Part shown: positions 12,252-24,744 of the stretch, piece by piece
How the letters are laid out: every line of letters starts with the position of its first letter
Numbering within the stretch: position 1 is the first letter of the stretch
Assembly (NCBI GenBank): GCA_010015585.1
Contig: ML975152.1
Reading direction: 5' to 3' (one strand)
Length of the DNA: 64,000 nt
From: Eremomyces bilateralis CBS 781.70
Taxonomy: Eukaryota
Position numbers and translations under genes: made by a program
The notes under the pieces: model-generated
Databases searched by the model: none
What the model was told of the DNA's origin: nothing
What the model saw: the letters and a program-made list of their open reading frames with translations, nothing else

Positions 12252-14021
12252 CGAGCAGTACGTCAATAGACGTTCAGTCTATGGAATAGGCGTACGCTAG
12301 CTTTTATAAAAAGCAAAGCTGTGCCTGCGAACTCTTGCCACGTTCATATTCTGGATGTGAAGTCGTTCAAATGGCATACCCTCATACTGGCAACCGAGGG
12401 CCTCAGCAAGGAGATGTGTCGAGCACATTTGTGTGGACTTACGAGATGAGGATTCCGGAGCATGGTCTTGAAAATGCGGCATGCCAAATGTTAGTGCGGT
12501 TGATTCGACCAATTTTCTCCATGCTCTTCAAACGTGACTTCGGTTTCCCCCTCGGCGTATTGTTATTGAGCAAAGCCGCGATGGCATTGAAGAAGAATAG
12601 GGAGGAAAGGGGCGGTTACAGACCTCGACCGTCACACAATTAATGTGATTGTTTTCGAGTGTTTCTCGCCCAACGCGTTCTTTGGACTTTTAACCATCCT
12701 GATTGAGGATTCGAATTGCTGAGACCCACCGCAGATCTGAGCTAATTAGGAGCCCTAATAATGAGTCCGCTTCGATCGCAATTCATTATTGGCATGCCGA
12801 GAAAGTTTGAAACAGCATCGGTGATCTAGACCATGCAGAGGCCACATCGCGAACAGTTCCCTGATTCCCAATACGCGCTCATAATTACGCCTTGGCTCTT
12901 GGTATCATGACGTGATAACTTTAGAGTCGCATCAAAGGTCGATCACGAAGGAGATCATTGCGGTTTGGGTTGTTGCAATACTGGTAAGTACAAGTGGGTA
13001 GGTAAATGGCGATCAGGTGAAAGTAAGCAGGTCCCTACCCCTGAGTAAGTCCAGGGTACGTACCTTATCTTACGCTATACGGAGCATATGAACTGCTCTA
13101 CGGAGTATCGGCTGCGGCTGTGTGAATTCACTCCTGTAGGTGCTTGAAAAAAGCAAGCATATGTCTAGATTCGACTTGAATCAGCATCGATTAACTTCTC
13201 AAGTACCGGTACTGTAATCGAACATTGAAATCTTCACGATGGCGCTAGTCAATCTTCGCTCCAACGTCTAAACACATATGACTGAATGCCATCATCGCAC
13301 TGCTCTTCGCAGCCCTAATATCTTGAACTATTTACTCCCTCCACTTCCATCCATTGTCGGGAATCCCAGACCCTCTCCTCGCACGACTCCGTACCATTTA
13401 GTCTGATGTTCATCGACGCTGAGACGATCTGTATCACAACCCATCGTACCTCGATTTCCCCAATCGCGCACATCACCCGAACGAGATCTCCATTGATGGC
13501 AGACTGCTGCGCCGATAGTAGTATCCTCGGGCTCGCGATGGTATCTGGTGGTGGCTAGACCGTTGATTCCTGCCAGACTTCTATGCAACACCCGCATCCT
13601 TGTGTTCTGTTTTCCCATTCTGGCGCCGCCGCTTCGAGCCCCTTCATCCGATATCCGGATCGAGTGGTTCACCGGGCTTCTTTTCTCTCGCAGCTTGCAA
13701 CTGCATGCGGTCCATTTAAGCAATTCGGAGGATCTCAAGCGGTGCAATATGCCAGCAGCAAACAGGAGATGGATTTGCATGATGCAGATTCCATGAAAAT
13801 GCAGAGCGCACATGAGGTCCTCCCTAACATAGCTTTCCGTGGCTCAAGTCTGCCAAGAAGCCAGAAAGACGATTGAAGAATCGGATGGGATAGATGGGGG
13901 CTTGTAAGAGACATAGTATGGCCTATCACGGAAATTCACATGCTCAATGCCCTCGTGTAACGCTTCGGCTTCGGCCCTCTTAGAATGCCGGAGAGATGCA
14001 AACGTACGGATTCGGCCATTT

Positions 14022-15296
14022 TTACCGACTAGGTGGTTTCATTAGTTGCTCATCGCCTATTCGCGGTGGGCTTCTCGATTTGCTAGTGCCGGTACGAAAG
14101 GGGCTCGCACTTCGACTGAGAAGGGACGATGGTTAGCTTTCGAATGCAAATGAAAGGCAAGGCATGAAATTACGAATAGAAAAACTCACGACCGTCTCTT
14201 CTCCCCCTCCCTCCTCAAACTTTCGATGATCTTCAACATCTCTTTCCGGCCATAACTGGGATTGATCTCTCGACTGGACAGCGTCATTGGCACCCTTGCA
14301 CGACTGTCTGCTTGGAGCAAGCGTTTCAGCAGTAGGTGACGCATGATCAGGCAGACATACACCCCACAGTCGCTTCCATTCGCCTGTTGTGGGCAGGAGT
14401 CCATCTCTTTGAACCTTAACTGCATGCCTAGAAGCGACTGGAGCTTCGAGGTCACCGTTTGGGCCTCGCGCCTGTTGGAATGATCCAGGCTGTCGTAGTG
14501 AAAGGCGACGCCGTCGAGAAGGGAAACGAGTAGGAGAGACCAGTGAGAACCGCCTTCTGAAATGGCGGGGTTCGTGCTGTCGTTTATCGGGAGAAAGATA
14601 TGAGTCGTTTTGTCGAATTGCGGCAAGGCGTCTTTTATAGTAGAGGGATGCTTCGTAGTCATTAACATGAACGACATGCTAGGTCGAAGGAGGACGATTT
14701 GCGCTTTTGAGTACGTCTTTAATTCCTCATGCTCCAGCCATCTAATTCGCTCGAAGGTAACGGTTAGCTCTGTCGACGATTGAATTTGACCACCATGGAC
14801 GGGGGGGTTACAGTACTCTTCCCAAAAGGCAATGGCCTATTCGTATTCGTAAGCTTATATTCCATTTGTGATTCAGCCGGTTGTACGTACATTGTCTGTC
14901 AGCCAGTCGTTTTTGATGCAATCCATATCTTCTCTTGTTACTGGGACCAGATGTCAGCTTCGGTCCATCGCCTCGATATCGGAGAATCCTCACGTCGCAC
15001 GTCATAGTCTGGGCAGACACAATTAGTTAGCCAAGTAATCTCTATGCCTCGCTTTCGGATGGGGATGATCCGATCGTTCACGTACAACTTAGATATGCTT
15101 GATCCGGAGACAGCTATAGAAGTACTAAGATCAGCAAAAGCAGGTCAAAGGAATTGTAGCCTCAAGCGCAAGGCTGCAGTATAGTCCTGAAAAGCAGGCT
15201 CCGACTAGGCAGGCGGGGATGGGGTGATGCAAGAAGCCGTACACTGTCTCCGAAATGCTTGCTCACTTTCCCCTTGAAAGGATGGAAACCACTCAT
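14022..15296 (-). CDS. denA: NEDD8-specific protease DEN1/SENP8 (Ulp1/C48 family), multi-exon
   Basis: Exons give KHFGD..LSPDQAYLSY, NDWLTDN, IAFWEE, IVLLRPSMSFML, HIFLPIND, GGSHWSLL, HYDS and QQANGSDCG (His-Asp-Cys triad). Confidence 0.9.
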
Positions 15297-15656
15297 GGTG
15301 TTCGGTCGGCTGCAGCTTGAGGTTCAAGTGCGAGTGGGGTGTTAAACAGGATCCGAATGCGCGCATCCACGCGATGGAGGTATAGAAGGTTGTTTGATGG
15401 GAAGAGTTCGAACTGTGGGGTGGTAGGTAAGGGATTTTCGGGTGATTGTGGTATAAGTTGGAATAGGGAAGCCTGCGAGGCACTCGATGATCGAGAATCT
15501 GTAGCCTGGAGGACAGAATACTGGTGGAGATGAAGGGATTTCTGTACAGTTGCGGCTTTGCGATGACGGAATCAGCTCCGAGCGGAAAACGATTGAATTT
15601 GGGAATCAGAATGGAAAGCTGGAGCTGGGTCACCTGACATGTGAGACTCGCTCTCG

Positions 15657-15688
15657 TCAGCCACATATATCAGCCACATATATCAGCC
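15657..15688. repeat. 13-bp tandem repeat (CAGCCACATATAT x about 2.5)
   Basis: cagccacatatat cagccacatatat cagcca read directly, upstream of denA. Confidence 0.75.
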
Positions 15689-16042
15689 AGGTTAAAGGGG
15701 CTAAGGGGGTGGTCTTGCATCAAATGCCCAGTGCTTACAGGCTACACAGCAGCACGATGGGTAGGACTCCGTCGCTATGGCAGGGTCTCCCCATGGGTTT
15801 ATACTTCACGAGAACAGGGCTTCTTAGACCATCAATTCATCAATCTATATTTCGTACTACTAGCCTTCTAGAGTGAGCTAGGGACTCATTTTCATAAAAG
15901 GCACTGAGACAATAAGGTATCAAGACAACCTTCCCATCAGCCCGGTCGGTCAGAACCAACAACGCCCGGCCAAATTCCACCCCCCATTTCCAATCTAGCC
16001 CAATGATGCTACAGATGAAGTTTTCCCTCGGCTCCTATAGGA

Positions 16043-18774
16043 CTATGCGTACTGAATTGGTCGCAGCGGATGCGACGGTAATGGCGGTTGGTGAGTTTGC
16101 TGCTGCTCCGGAAAAAACCATGACCAATCTTGATCGATATCCATATTGACAGCGGTCGGCCACGACCCGAGATTACACTCTGGGATGCCGGTCGCAAGCC
16201 CCTCGTCGGGCGGTTGTTGGGTGTCGTACATGGATGAGTAGAACCCGTCGTAGGCAATGAGGGGATCAGCGTTGAAGCTGTTGGGGCTGTGTTTTTGGCT
16301 GTTTCCGGTCTGCGAGACATCGTGCGAGAGATCTAAGGAGCAGGTGGATGTGGATGGCGTGCATTGACCAGTGGAAAATACAGGTGTCGACTGCGCCAGT
16401 GAAGGGGTTCGAGATATGTGGTGGTACTTTTCACCAGGGCGTACTGAGATTGTACCAAAGTCTAGGATGTTGTCAGCAATGCTCAAGCAATATTAAGGAC
16501 ACACGAACATGGAATGACAACGTGGATAATTTTCGATGGGTCCGATTCCGGACCAATCTGAGTGTGATAACGAGCACCACTCAAGGTTTTCAATGCCGCA
16601 TGGCTCTGTGCAGCAACTTTGCCCCCAACCGCGGTGGATGCTCTCTTGAATATGTCCAAGGCTACATAGATCATGTCCCAGTCACGGTCGTCTTGCTGCG
16701 GATCGTGAGCCAAATCGATCCTACCATAACCCAGAACCCCTAAGCAAAGGAGAGCCGAAGCAGTAAACCCAAGAAAATCCACCGCCTTGCACTCATAAGA
16801 AGGGTTGCCTCTGCCACACAAGATGTTATAAAGCCGGAGCATTTCCCTCGCTCCGTTCAGGCAGGTCCTGCGGCTGTGTTCATAACGCGGGTTATCCGCC
16901 GACTTCAGCATCCACGGCATGTGGAGATAAACTCGGGCCTGTTGGAAAAACATCAGGCCTAAAATCAGCTCCTGCCACGTCGAAACTCCTTCGGGATTCC
17001 CCTTAGGTGGTTGCGGCTCGACCCTCCACCAATGCGCCGGCATTTTCAACTCAAGGGTTTCCAACTCTTGGTCAAGCTGTAATGTGGAGGAAAACGTGGC
17101 TTCCGCGAGACATTGATTCCGGTCAATGATTTTTCCAATTATGATGGACACTCGGTGAGGGAATGTCTCGGGACGGACGTCACCTAAAATGGGTTGACCA
17201 TTGACCTCCATGTTGCAATGCGTATCGTTAATGGCATAGGGAAGGCCTAGCATGAGGCTCATAACCCGGTCCCCGTTATATAGGCCCCACCAAATACTCG
17301 ATCGCGCGTTGGAAAGGTGATGGTTGCGGTGCATGCCGTTCAATTGACATAAGTTCAATCCGCGACGGAACGTTAACCATGCTCGACGTGGTTGGCCGAT
17401 GTCCGAATAGCTTTTGCCGAGTACTATCAAGCATTCCAGTCCATCAATAGTCCCGGCATACTCGTCATCGCTGACAACCAGGCGATCGACAGCACTCATC
17501 AGTTCTTCCTGGTTGATTCCCTGAGCAGAGGAGGCAACGCAGAGGACCAGGATCCCAGATTGAGCGGGGTTCCCCTCTCGCAGCACACGGGTTGCAAAGG
17601 CCCCGATATCCTCGTTGCCGCTATTACCAGGACACCTCATCTTGAAGGTGGCCCACAATTCGGCATAGTTCTGTTTCAGATTCTTCAAAACCTGGTCGAC
17701 AGGCGGTAGAAGCCTCAGGAGCGCATCTCGAACTCTTCTGTCCTTTTCACACGTCAACTTTGGGACTCCACTTTTATTCCCTTCCTCAGCGGAGCCGGTA
17801 TCAACATTGATTGACTGGGTTGGGTAGGTTGTATTCCCGGAATTGGGCATCCCACCTGGAGATGGGCCCCTCTCGATTGTACCCAGCTCCTTCGGTCGCA
17901 CTGCTGCTCGTGACAGGACAGCGTTGTCAAAGAGCGCGAGAAGCGATCCAGGTGCATGATCAGTCGTGTCTGAATCAAGGTCGGCCGTAATATCGGCTGA
18001 AAGAGGAGTCTGTGGCCCGGGACTCTCTCCCAGAGTCCGCAAAGCCTCGATGGCACCCTTCTCGGATCTTTCGGTGAGGAGCGTGTCAAGTAAGGACTCT
18101 AGTCTTGCCACACGCTCACGAAGATTCTTGCGATTGTCGACTATGGAGTCCGTATCCGCATGTTCTTGATCGATACACTTGGAACCTCGGGCAAAGCATT
18201 CCGTGCAAACTGTCTGATTCTCTGCATATATGCATTTGATCTTTCGTCTTCTGCCTGCAACCAAGGGTCAGTGAATCATCTCGACTTATTCGCTTTCGTA
18301 ACATATTGCTGCTCGAACCGACACGAGCCCCACGTTGGAGTAAACTCCAAGCTAATGTTGAATAGCAACGATGGATAACCTTTGCTTCAAACATGAGACT
18401 GACAGGAACAAACAGGTACCGGTATTTAGCACCTTCAGAGGTTTCCAATCTAGATACACCATCATACACCTGCTTGACCCAGGAATACGAAATACCCCTC
18501 CGCAAGCAGATCAACCCAGTCTCTTTCGTAGAGGAGCTGAGTTAAGTGGCATGGCGGAGGGGGACACGTCCCGATTTAGTCACTCAGTCCAGATTCGTCC
18601 GGATAATCATTAAAACACGACTGCGTAACCACGCCAGCAGATAAACTGAAAATATAGCTTACATTCGAAGCATGAGTGGGTTCCCTTCCGTAATTTTCGT
18701 ATACGGTTACTGTCAGCGGGTGACTTGGGCATATCTAAAGGCGATTTGCTCGACGTTTTCCCCCTTTCCATCAT
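16043..18774 (-). CDS. Zn(II)2Cys6 fungal transcription factor with middle homology region
   Basis: RKLRKGTHSCFEC, a ~400-nt intron, then RRRKIKCIYAENQTVCTECFARGSKC (six Cys). Also GQPRRAWLTFRRG and IWWGLYNGDRVMSLMLGLP (Fungal_trans region). Confidence 0.92.
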
Positions 18775-19511
18775 TGTGAAAGGCGCGAATGACTTCAACG
18801 GACAGAAGATGAAGTGGCAGAGTGCAATGGCTGCGGTCGAGGGCAGCTAAGTAATACTATGCCTGTGGTTGCGCTAGAAGGTTGGAGAGAGATATGTCTA
18901 GTCCACCATGAATAGTTGTCGCCAGGCAGCCCGTCCTCCCAAGACTTCGTCTTCTTGTTCATGGGACATTAGAAAGCAAAGGATTGGAATATCCATGTGT
19001 GGCCCCTACGCCCTACGCACATAGAAGGAAGATCGACCGTGTTTCGTCCGTGTCGGTCTCAGACTCGGTGTCTCGGGCCCATGGATTATTCAGCAGTAGT
19101 AAGGCTCAATAGTAGACATTAGTCAATCAGGATAAAAACCATTCTTCGCGTTGACTGGACGATAATCTGCGCACGGGCAAGTGCGACCACCCATTCCGGT
19201 CACTGTTGCGACTAGGTCCGAAAATGCCTAGAGCTGAGTAATAGAAGGACCATGGATAGACACAGAAATGCACCGTTAACGTATTCCGTAGTAAAAGCGG
19301 GTTGCATTCCATCCTTTAACACTCTACCTGAAAGGACAAAACACGACTTTGGCCCCATCGACTATGGCCAATCACGGTGGAATTTACAACGCCCCAATCA
19401 GCGTGAGTTTAGCAATGATTTTGCACGTGACATCGATTTGAAATCCCGCTCCTGATCCCACTGCTGGCATTCTCACCCATGCAGGACCAAAGACACTGAT
19501 CTGAGGCCATA

Positions 19512-21575
19512 TCCGCGCCCCTGGTTCGTCAGCTGAAGCTTACCTCATCCACGATTGTGGACGCTAGATCCTTTATCTAGCGCCAACCTTCTAAACGATA
19601 ATGCGGTCCAAACGATAACTTAATAGCTTCCAGTCTCCTTAAGCGGAGTTAAGCCCGTTTATCCTCCGCCATTATGCCGAAAGATAATACAGCTATTGAA
19701 TCTAGAATCCAGAGAGCCCTCCAATCAATCCCTCATGGCCAAATTCCCAATTCAAGGAGTTGGAGCGTGAATTCGACGTGCCCTACCAACGACTACTCGC
19801 TCGCTCAAAGGGCCGCAAGAGTCTATTCGAGCGGCCTAGTTGCACCCGGAAGCTCTCTACCACCCAAAATACCGCTCTAAAGGACTATCTCCGACGCCTC
19901 GATGACCTTGGAATTGCACCACGGATTATACAAGTAGTTTCGTGCACAAATACCATCCTAAAGATCGATCACACGGCCAGCGAGCGGCTTGGCCCCCCAC
20001 CAACGGTGGACACTCGCTGGGCATATGCGTGGTTCAAACGGGAGCCAGAGGTCTACGCACGGAAAGCACGTGTGCTTGATCTTAATCGTAAAGCTGCTCA
20101 TGATATCCAGGCTCTCGAGAGATGGTTTGAGCAGCTATACCATATCAAGATCCGATATGGAATCGCGACCGAGGACATGTGGAATTTCGACGAGACTGGC
20201 TTCCGCGTCGGTATAGGCAAAGACCAATGGATTATTACGTTCTACCCGAGCAAGAAGCAGTATATTCCGTCTCCAGAATGTCGAGATTCGCTTACCGCTG
20301 TTGAAGCCGTAAGTGGTGACGGTAAAGTTATACCGCCGCTCATGATTCTACCCGGATCTGCGTTTCTCGAGAAATACTTCCAAAACTTACCCGATGACTA
20401 CGCGGTATGCCTTTCTGAAACAGGCTTTAATATCGACGAAATTAGCCTAATCTTCGCAAGGCATTTTATTAAGCATTCGTCTAAGCATCAACGCGGTAAA
20501 TACCGACTCTTATTCTTCGGTGGTTTCGATAGCCACTGCACGAAGGAGTTCCTCGAGATACTCGAAGCCCACCACGTTATACCGTTTCGTCTTCCTCCTC
20601 ATACAAGCCACATCCTCCAGCCGCTTGACGTCGGCCCATTTCAGCCTTACAAACACTGACATGCAGAGGCCGTCGACGCAGCCACTCGTACTGGCTGCGC
20701 GCAATTTAATCGTGTGGAATTTCTGGCCGCACTCAAATCGATCCGCGCGAACACTTTCAAGACGCGAACAGTGATCAAGGGATGGAAAGAAACGGGCCTT
20801 ATTCCCCACAATCCTGAGCGGATTTTACGCCAACTCCGTGAGGATAAGATGACAATCGATGCCGCGTTTACAGCATACGATCATAGTGCTAGAATTCGAG
20901 ATCAAACGCCACCTCCAGACACCGATATTCAGCGGCTTCTTTCCCCAACGAAAGACTATGCCACGCTACGCAACCATGTACAATGGTGCTTGGCCAACAT
21001 TGGGAAACTAAATCTACCATCGCTTATTGTACAAAACTTCGATAACAGCCTCAACGGTGGCCTCCAATTCGCCCTCCAAGCCGAGCAATTGTCACACACG
21101 ATACAGGCCAACATGGCGGAATCCCAAGCACGTGCGGCACGCCAGCGAGGCAACAAACGTGTCCTCCGGTCCGAAATGGGATACATTACATCACAGCAAG
21201 CCAGATCTATGATAAAGGTGCGTACGGAGCGCGAGAAACAGGCCGAATTGGACAAATGGGTTAGGGGCTGGAAGCCACGCCAAATCAACCACCGGAAGGC
21301 GTTCAAGGACATACATGTAGAATTTTGGCGCTTAATCGGGGGCATGAGGCATGATCCTACGTGGCGATGTCGATTTGGAGATGAATAGTAGTGCTGGTGG
21401 TGGAAATTTGGTATCTACAAACTTCATAGCACGGAGTATGTATTAAGTTATCGTTTAACTAGTTAACTAGACCGCATTATCGTTTAAGTTAGAAGGTTGG
21501 CGCTAGTTAGATTAAGGATCTAGCGTCTACAATCGTGGATGAGGTAAGCTTCAGCTGACGAACCAGGGGCGCGGA
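19512..21575 (+). mobile_element. Pogo/Fot1-like (Tc1-mariner superfamily) DNA transposon, defective, with ~115-135 bp TIRs and TA target duplication
   Basis: Left end TA|TCCGCGCCCCTGGTTCGTCAGCTGAAGCTTACCTCATCCACGATTGT... and right end ...ACAATCGTGGATGAGGTAAGCTTCAGCTGACGAACCAGGGGCGCGGA|TA; transposase inside. Confidence 0.93.
19674..21388 (+). pseudogene. DDE_1 transposase pseudogene
   Basis: WNFDETGF and PPHTSHILQPLDVGPF motifs. There is a 1-nt frameshift near 19750 and an in-frame TGA at 20657-20659. The second catalytic Asp appears replaced (LLFFGGFDSH instead of ..DG..SH). Confidence 0.88.
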
Positions 21576-21605
21576 TACACTAGCACTAATCAGGAAACCC
21601 CCTTA

Positions 21606-23435
21606 GGTCAGCTGACCCCCTAACCCCCCACCCCCGATCCCGCCCACTTCAAAATACGCCGGGTAATATTTTCTTTACTACAATATCAACTCTATTTCAT
21701 TACCAATTTCTCATACAAATGCCAAAGTATACAGAGGAAGCGCTGGGAAATGCGCTAGGTGATATTAAAACCGGAAAATATCCTTCTGTCCGTGCCGCTT
21801 CGACCGCATATCAGATTCCAAGGAGCACGATTCGAGGCCGACTTGACGGCACACCTTCACACAAAGAAACATTGCAGATTCGGCAGAAACTCTCACCTAA
21901 TCAAGAACGGGATCTGGTCGAATGGATCGTCGCCGAAGATTCCGTTAATCGAGCCCCTTCCTATCTCCGCGTTACCCAAATGGCGGAATGTATTGCGCGA
22001 GAAAATGGCGACAACAAACCTTGCGGGAAGCATTGGGTCCAGGGCTTTTTGCGCCGGAACCCCCAGGTGACTAGTATGGTGGGGAAGGCTCTAGAGGCCT
22101 CACGGGCAAATGGAGCAACAAAAGAAGCTATTTCTAGTTTTCTCGACCTGTACAGGCATATCTGCACGACCTACAAGATCAAGCCCTGCAACCGCTGGAA
22201 TTTCGACGAACATGGGATAATGTTCGGTATGGGCACCAATGGGAAAGTGGTCGCAGCGCGCAAGAAGAATTTGAAGGGCCATACGTACGTTAAGACCCCC
22301 GGCGGCCGGGAATGGGTCTCCCTGATCGAAGCGATTTCTGCAGACGGTAGATCGATCTCACCACTTGTAATCTTCAAAGGTTACAGCCTGCAGACTACAT
22401 GGTTTCCGGCCCATATTGATGGGTGGCGGAATTGGCACTTCACAGTATCTGAAAACGCCTGGACGTCCAACGAAATCGGGCTTAACTGGCTCCGTAGGAA
22501 ATTCCTGCCGGAAACAGCCCCTGAAGACAAGAACGAATGGCGCCTCTTAGTCTGCGATGGCCATGGGTCACATGCAACGATTGAGATCATGAAGCTGTGT
22601 AAAGACCATAAGGTTTTCCTCCTATATCTCCCCTCTCATTGCTCGCATATCTTGCAACCCCTCGATATCGCGTGCTTTTCGCCTTTGAAGTCGAAATACC
22701 GCCGCGAACTACGTCTCCCAAGTTCGCTTGATGATAATACGCCTGTAAAAAAGCATAGATTCATTGAGATCTATAGTAAGGCGCGCCCTGAAGGCTTGTC
22801 AGCCGAAAATATACGGGCGGGGTTCCGTGGCACTGGTCTGTTTCCGTTCAACAAGCACAAGATCTTGGCCTCTACCCAATTGAACGAGAACCATATAGTT
22901 TTCCCTGAAACTACACCGGAGCCGCCTGATACATGTAGATCACATACTCCGGATGGTCCTAGTCAAGTATGGGATACAAAAATGGATGATTTGACGGCAA
23001 GGGGTCGGAGAGGGTACCAGCGCAAGGTTGCAAAGTCGCTTGGCAAAAAGAACACCGTAATCGCCTCGCACAAGGCGGAAGTTCAACGCCTTAGCAGAAC
23101 AATTGAAGATATGGGCGACCTGCTGCGGAAGAAACAGAAGAAGATCACTGTCGATCAAAACGAGAAATATGCGAATGCCGACCGAATTTTTGCTGAAAAA
23201 GAACAGGCCGAGAAGGAGGCTGCCGAGGAGGAAAAACGGGCAGAAGATCACCAATACATCGCAGGGGGGGAGGCCAAAAGCACTGAAGCTTATTTCCAGT
23301 CGTGTCTTTATAATTTTCAACTTTAGACCACCAAAAAACGTATGGATTCAATTAGATGAAGCAATAAAGCGACTGATGTGATACCGATTTTGGGTGGGCG
23401 GAATGGGGGGTGGGCGGTTGAGCTATCAGCTGACC
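21606..23435 (+). mobile_element. Second pogo/Fot1-like DNA transposon, apparently intact, ~50-bp imperfect TIRs, TA TSD
   Basis: Left TA|GGTCAGCTGACCCCCTAACCCCCCACCCCC..CCGCCCAC..AAAAT; right ATTTTGGGTGGGCGGAATGGGGGGTGGGCGGTTGAGCTATCAGCTGACC|TA. Confidence 0.9.
21719..23326 (+). CDS. DDE_1 transposase with HTH (psq/CENP-B type) domains, 535 aa, uninterrupted
   Basis: SVRAASTAYQIPRSTIRGRL HTH; WNFDEHG, LVCDGHGSH and HILQPLDIACF give the full catalytic D-D-D triad. Confidence 0.93.
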   Translation: MPKYTEEALGNALGDIKTGKYPSVRAASTAYQIPRSTIRGRLDGTPSHKETLQIRQKLSPNQERDLVEWIVAEDSVNRAPSYLRVTQMAECIARENGDNKPCGKHWVQGFLRRNPQVTSMVGKALEASRANGATKEAISSFLDLYRHICTTYKIKPCNRWNFDEHGIMFGMGTNGKVVAARKKNLKGHTYVKTPGGREWVSLIEAISADGRSISPLVIFKGYSLQTTWFPAHIDGWRNWHFTVSENAWTSNEIGLNWLRRKFLPETAPEDKNEWRLLVCDGHGSHATIEIMKLCKDHKVFLLYLPSHCSHILQPLDIACFSPLKSKYRRELRLPSSLDDNTPVKKHRFIEIYSKARPEGLSAENIRAGFRGTGLFPFNKHKILASTQLNENHIVFPETTPEPPDTCRSHTPDGPSQVWDTKMDDLTARGRRGYQRKVAKSLGKKNTVIASHKAEVQRLSRTIEDMGDLLRKKQKKITVDQNEKYANADRIFAEKEQAEKEAAEEEKRAEDHQYIAGGEAKSTEAYFQSCLYNFQL

Positions 23436-24744
23436 TACTATAAGGACCGTGCGTTGAGCACCAATCGAAGTCAGACGAAGTGACAAAGTCACGAAATGTG
23501 AAACCGGAACTCTTGACTGTATGAACGTCTAAAATGCCTTCTGTCGAGAATCTATCTCAGTTGAGGACATGACCAGCAAATTTCACGTGTCGCTCATCTC
23601 ATCTATTCGAATCAGACTGCCTTCAGAGTGAGACGCCATACCTTTAGCGTAAAGTCCCGATGCCTACAACAAGATTTTGTGCATTATTATTGAGCATGGA
23701 CGCGTTAAGTCGTTTCGTCACTTCGATAGCACATGCTAGGACGTCTCATCGGGAACAATCTATAGTAATCCGATGTGGCTTTCGTGGGCATACATCGCGC
23801 GAACGGTTCGATTCTTCCCATATGAGACAGCAGGCCAAAACCAGATGGGGATAAATCCCCTGTTCAGATTTGTCAACACCCTTTGCAAACTTGCTTGTTG
23901 TGAGCACAATTTCGGCTTTTTAGCGTAAGTGATATAGCCAAAGGAGAATTCCATCCTTGGATGCCGAGTGGATGGATGCTCCCAACTGCCAAGTCCTTGG
24001 ATGATTCCCCTTACGAGCTTGGTCGTCGGCCGGCATAGGTGCCTCACTATCCTACAAGGATATAGACTAATATGTCGCGGTGCCTGCTTATGGCTCAGTC
24101 TGGATTCTGGAATACAAAATCCGGATAGAAGAGCGTTAGAGCGTGGGCGAGGTTAGTGCAATATCCACGAGGTCAATGCGCCGCGTCCTGCTTCAAGTTT
24201 AAACGTCATATATCACCGTACCAAGCATATGGCATTCCGATTGGTTTACGCAGCGGGTTTCTTCTTGTCACGATCTGCCGTCATATATTTAATTACAATT
24301 AATCTCCTTCTATCCTGTGTCAGTTACTTGCTCGCACTCAATACCGGTGGTCTCTGTCTGGGACAACCGTTGCTCAGGGGTCACCAGGGCACCTCCAGTA
24401 TAATAATGTATTCTCGGTTGGAATTAAACCAAGACGTGAGCACATTCTTGCCCAGACTCGTATCGGATTACTGCCGATACATCCGAGCGCGGCATAATCG
24501 TTTAGAGACTTCTTGATTATGCTGCCCAGATGACTCCATCGTGAACACTGTGCCACAGATACAATCAATCTGGGGTAGACCTAGGGTGGATGGCCAACGT
24601 TCAACCTAAAGTATTCTTCAGGAGTGGAGTCCATGCCGATCTACAAGTGTTTTTATGCGCCTGTTCCCTCCTGAAATCCTTCTCGATAGTCTGTTTTGCA
24701 TCGTCATTCGTTTTTTTTCAAAGTACACCTTCAGGTTAGCCATC

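Noticed and set aside
12297..13929. Short ORFs between the glycosyltransferase and denA
   Set aside because: No family resemblance; likely promoter and 3' UTR sequence.
18256..18661. ~400-nt intron splitting the Zn2Cys6 motif, with short stems (e.g. CCCCTCCGC/GCGGAGGGG)
   Set aside because: Introns at this position are common. I saw no riboswitch or snoRNA consensus, and the stems are short enough to arise by chance.
20657..20659. TGA in transposase 1 as a stop correctable by readthrough or A-to-I editing
   Set aside because: The same gene also has a frameshift and a lost catalytic Asp, so simple decay explains it.
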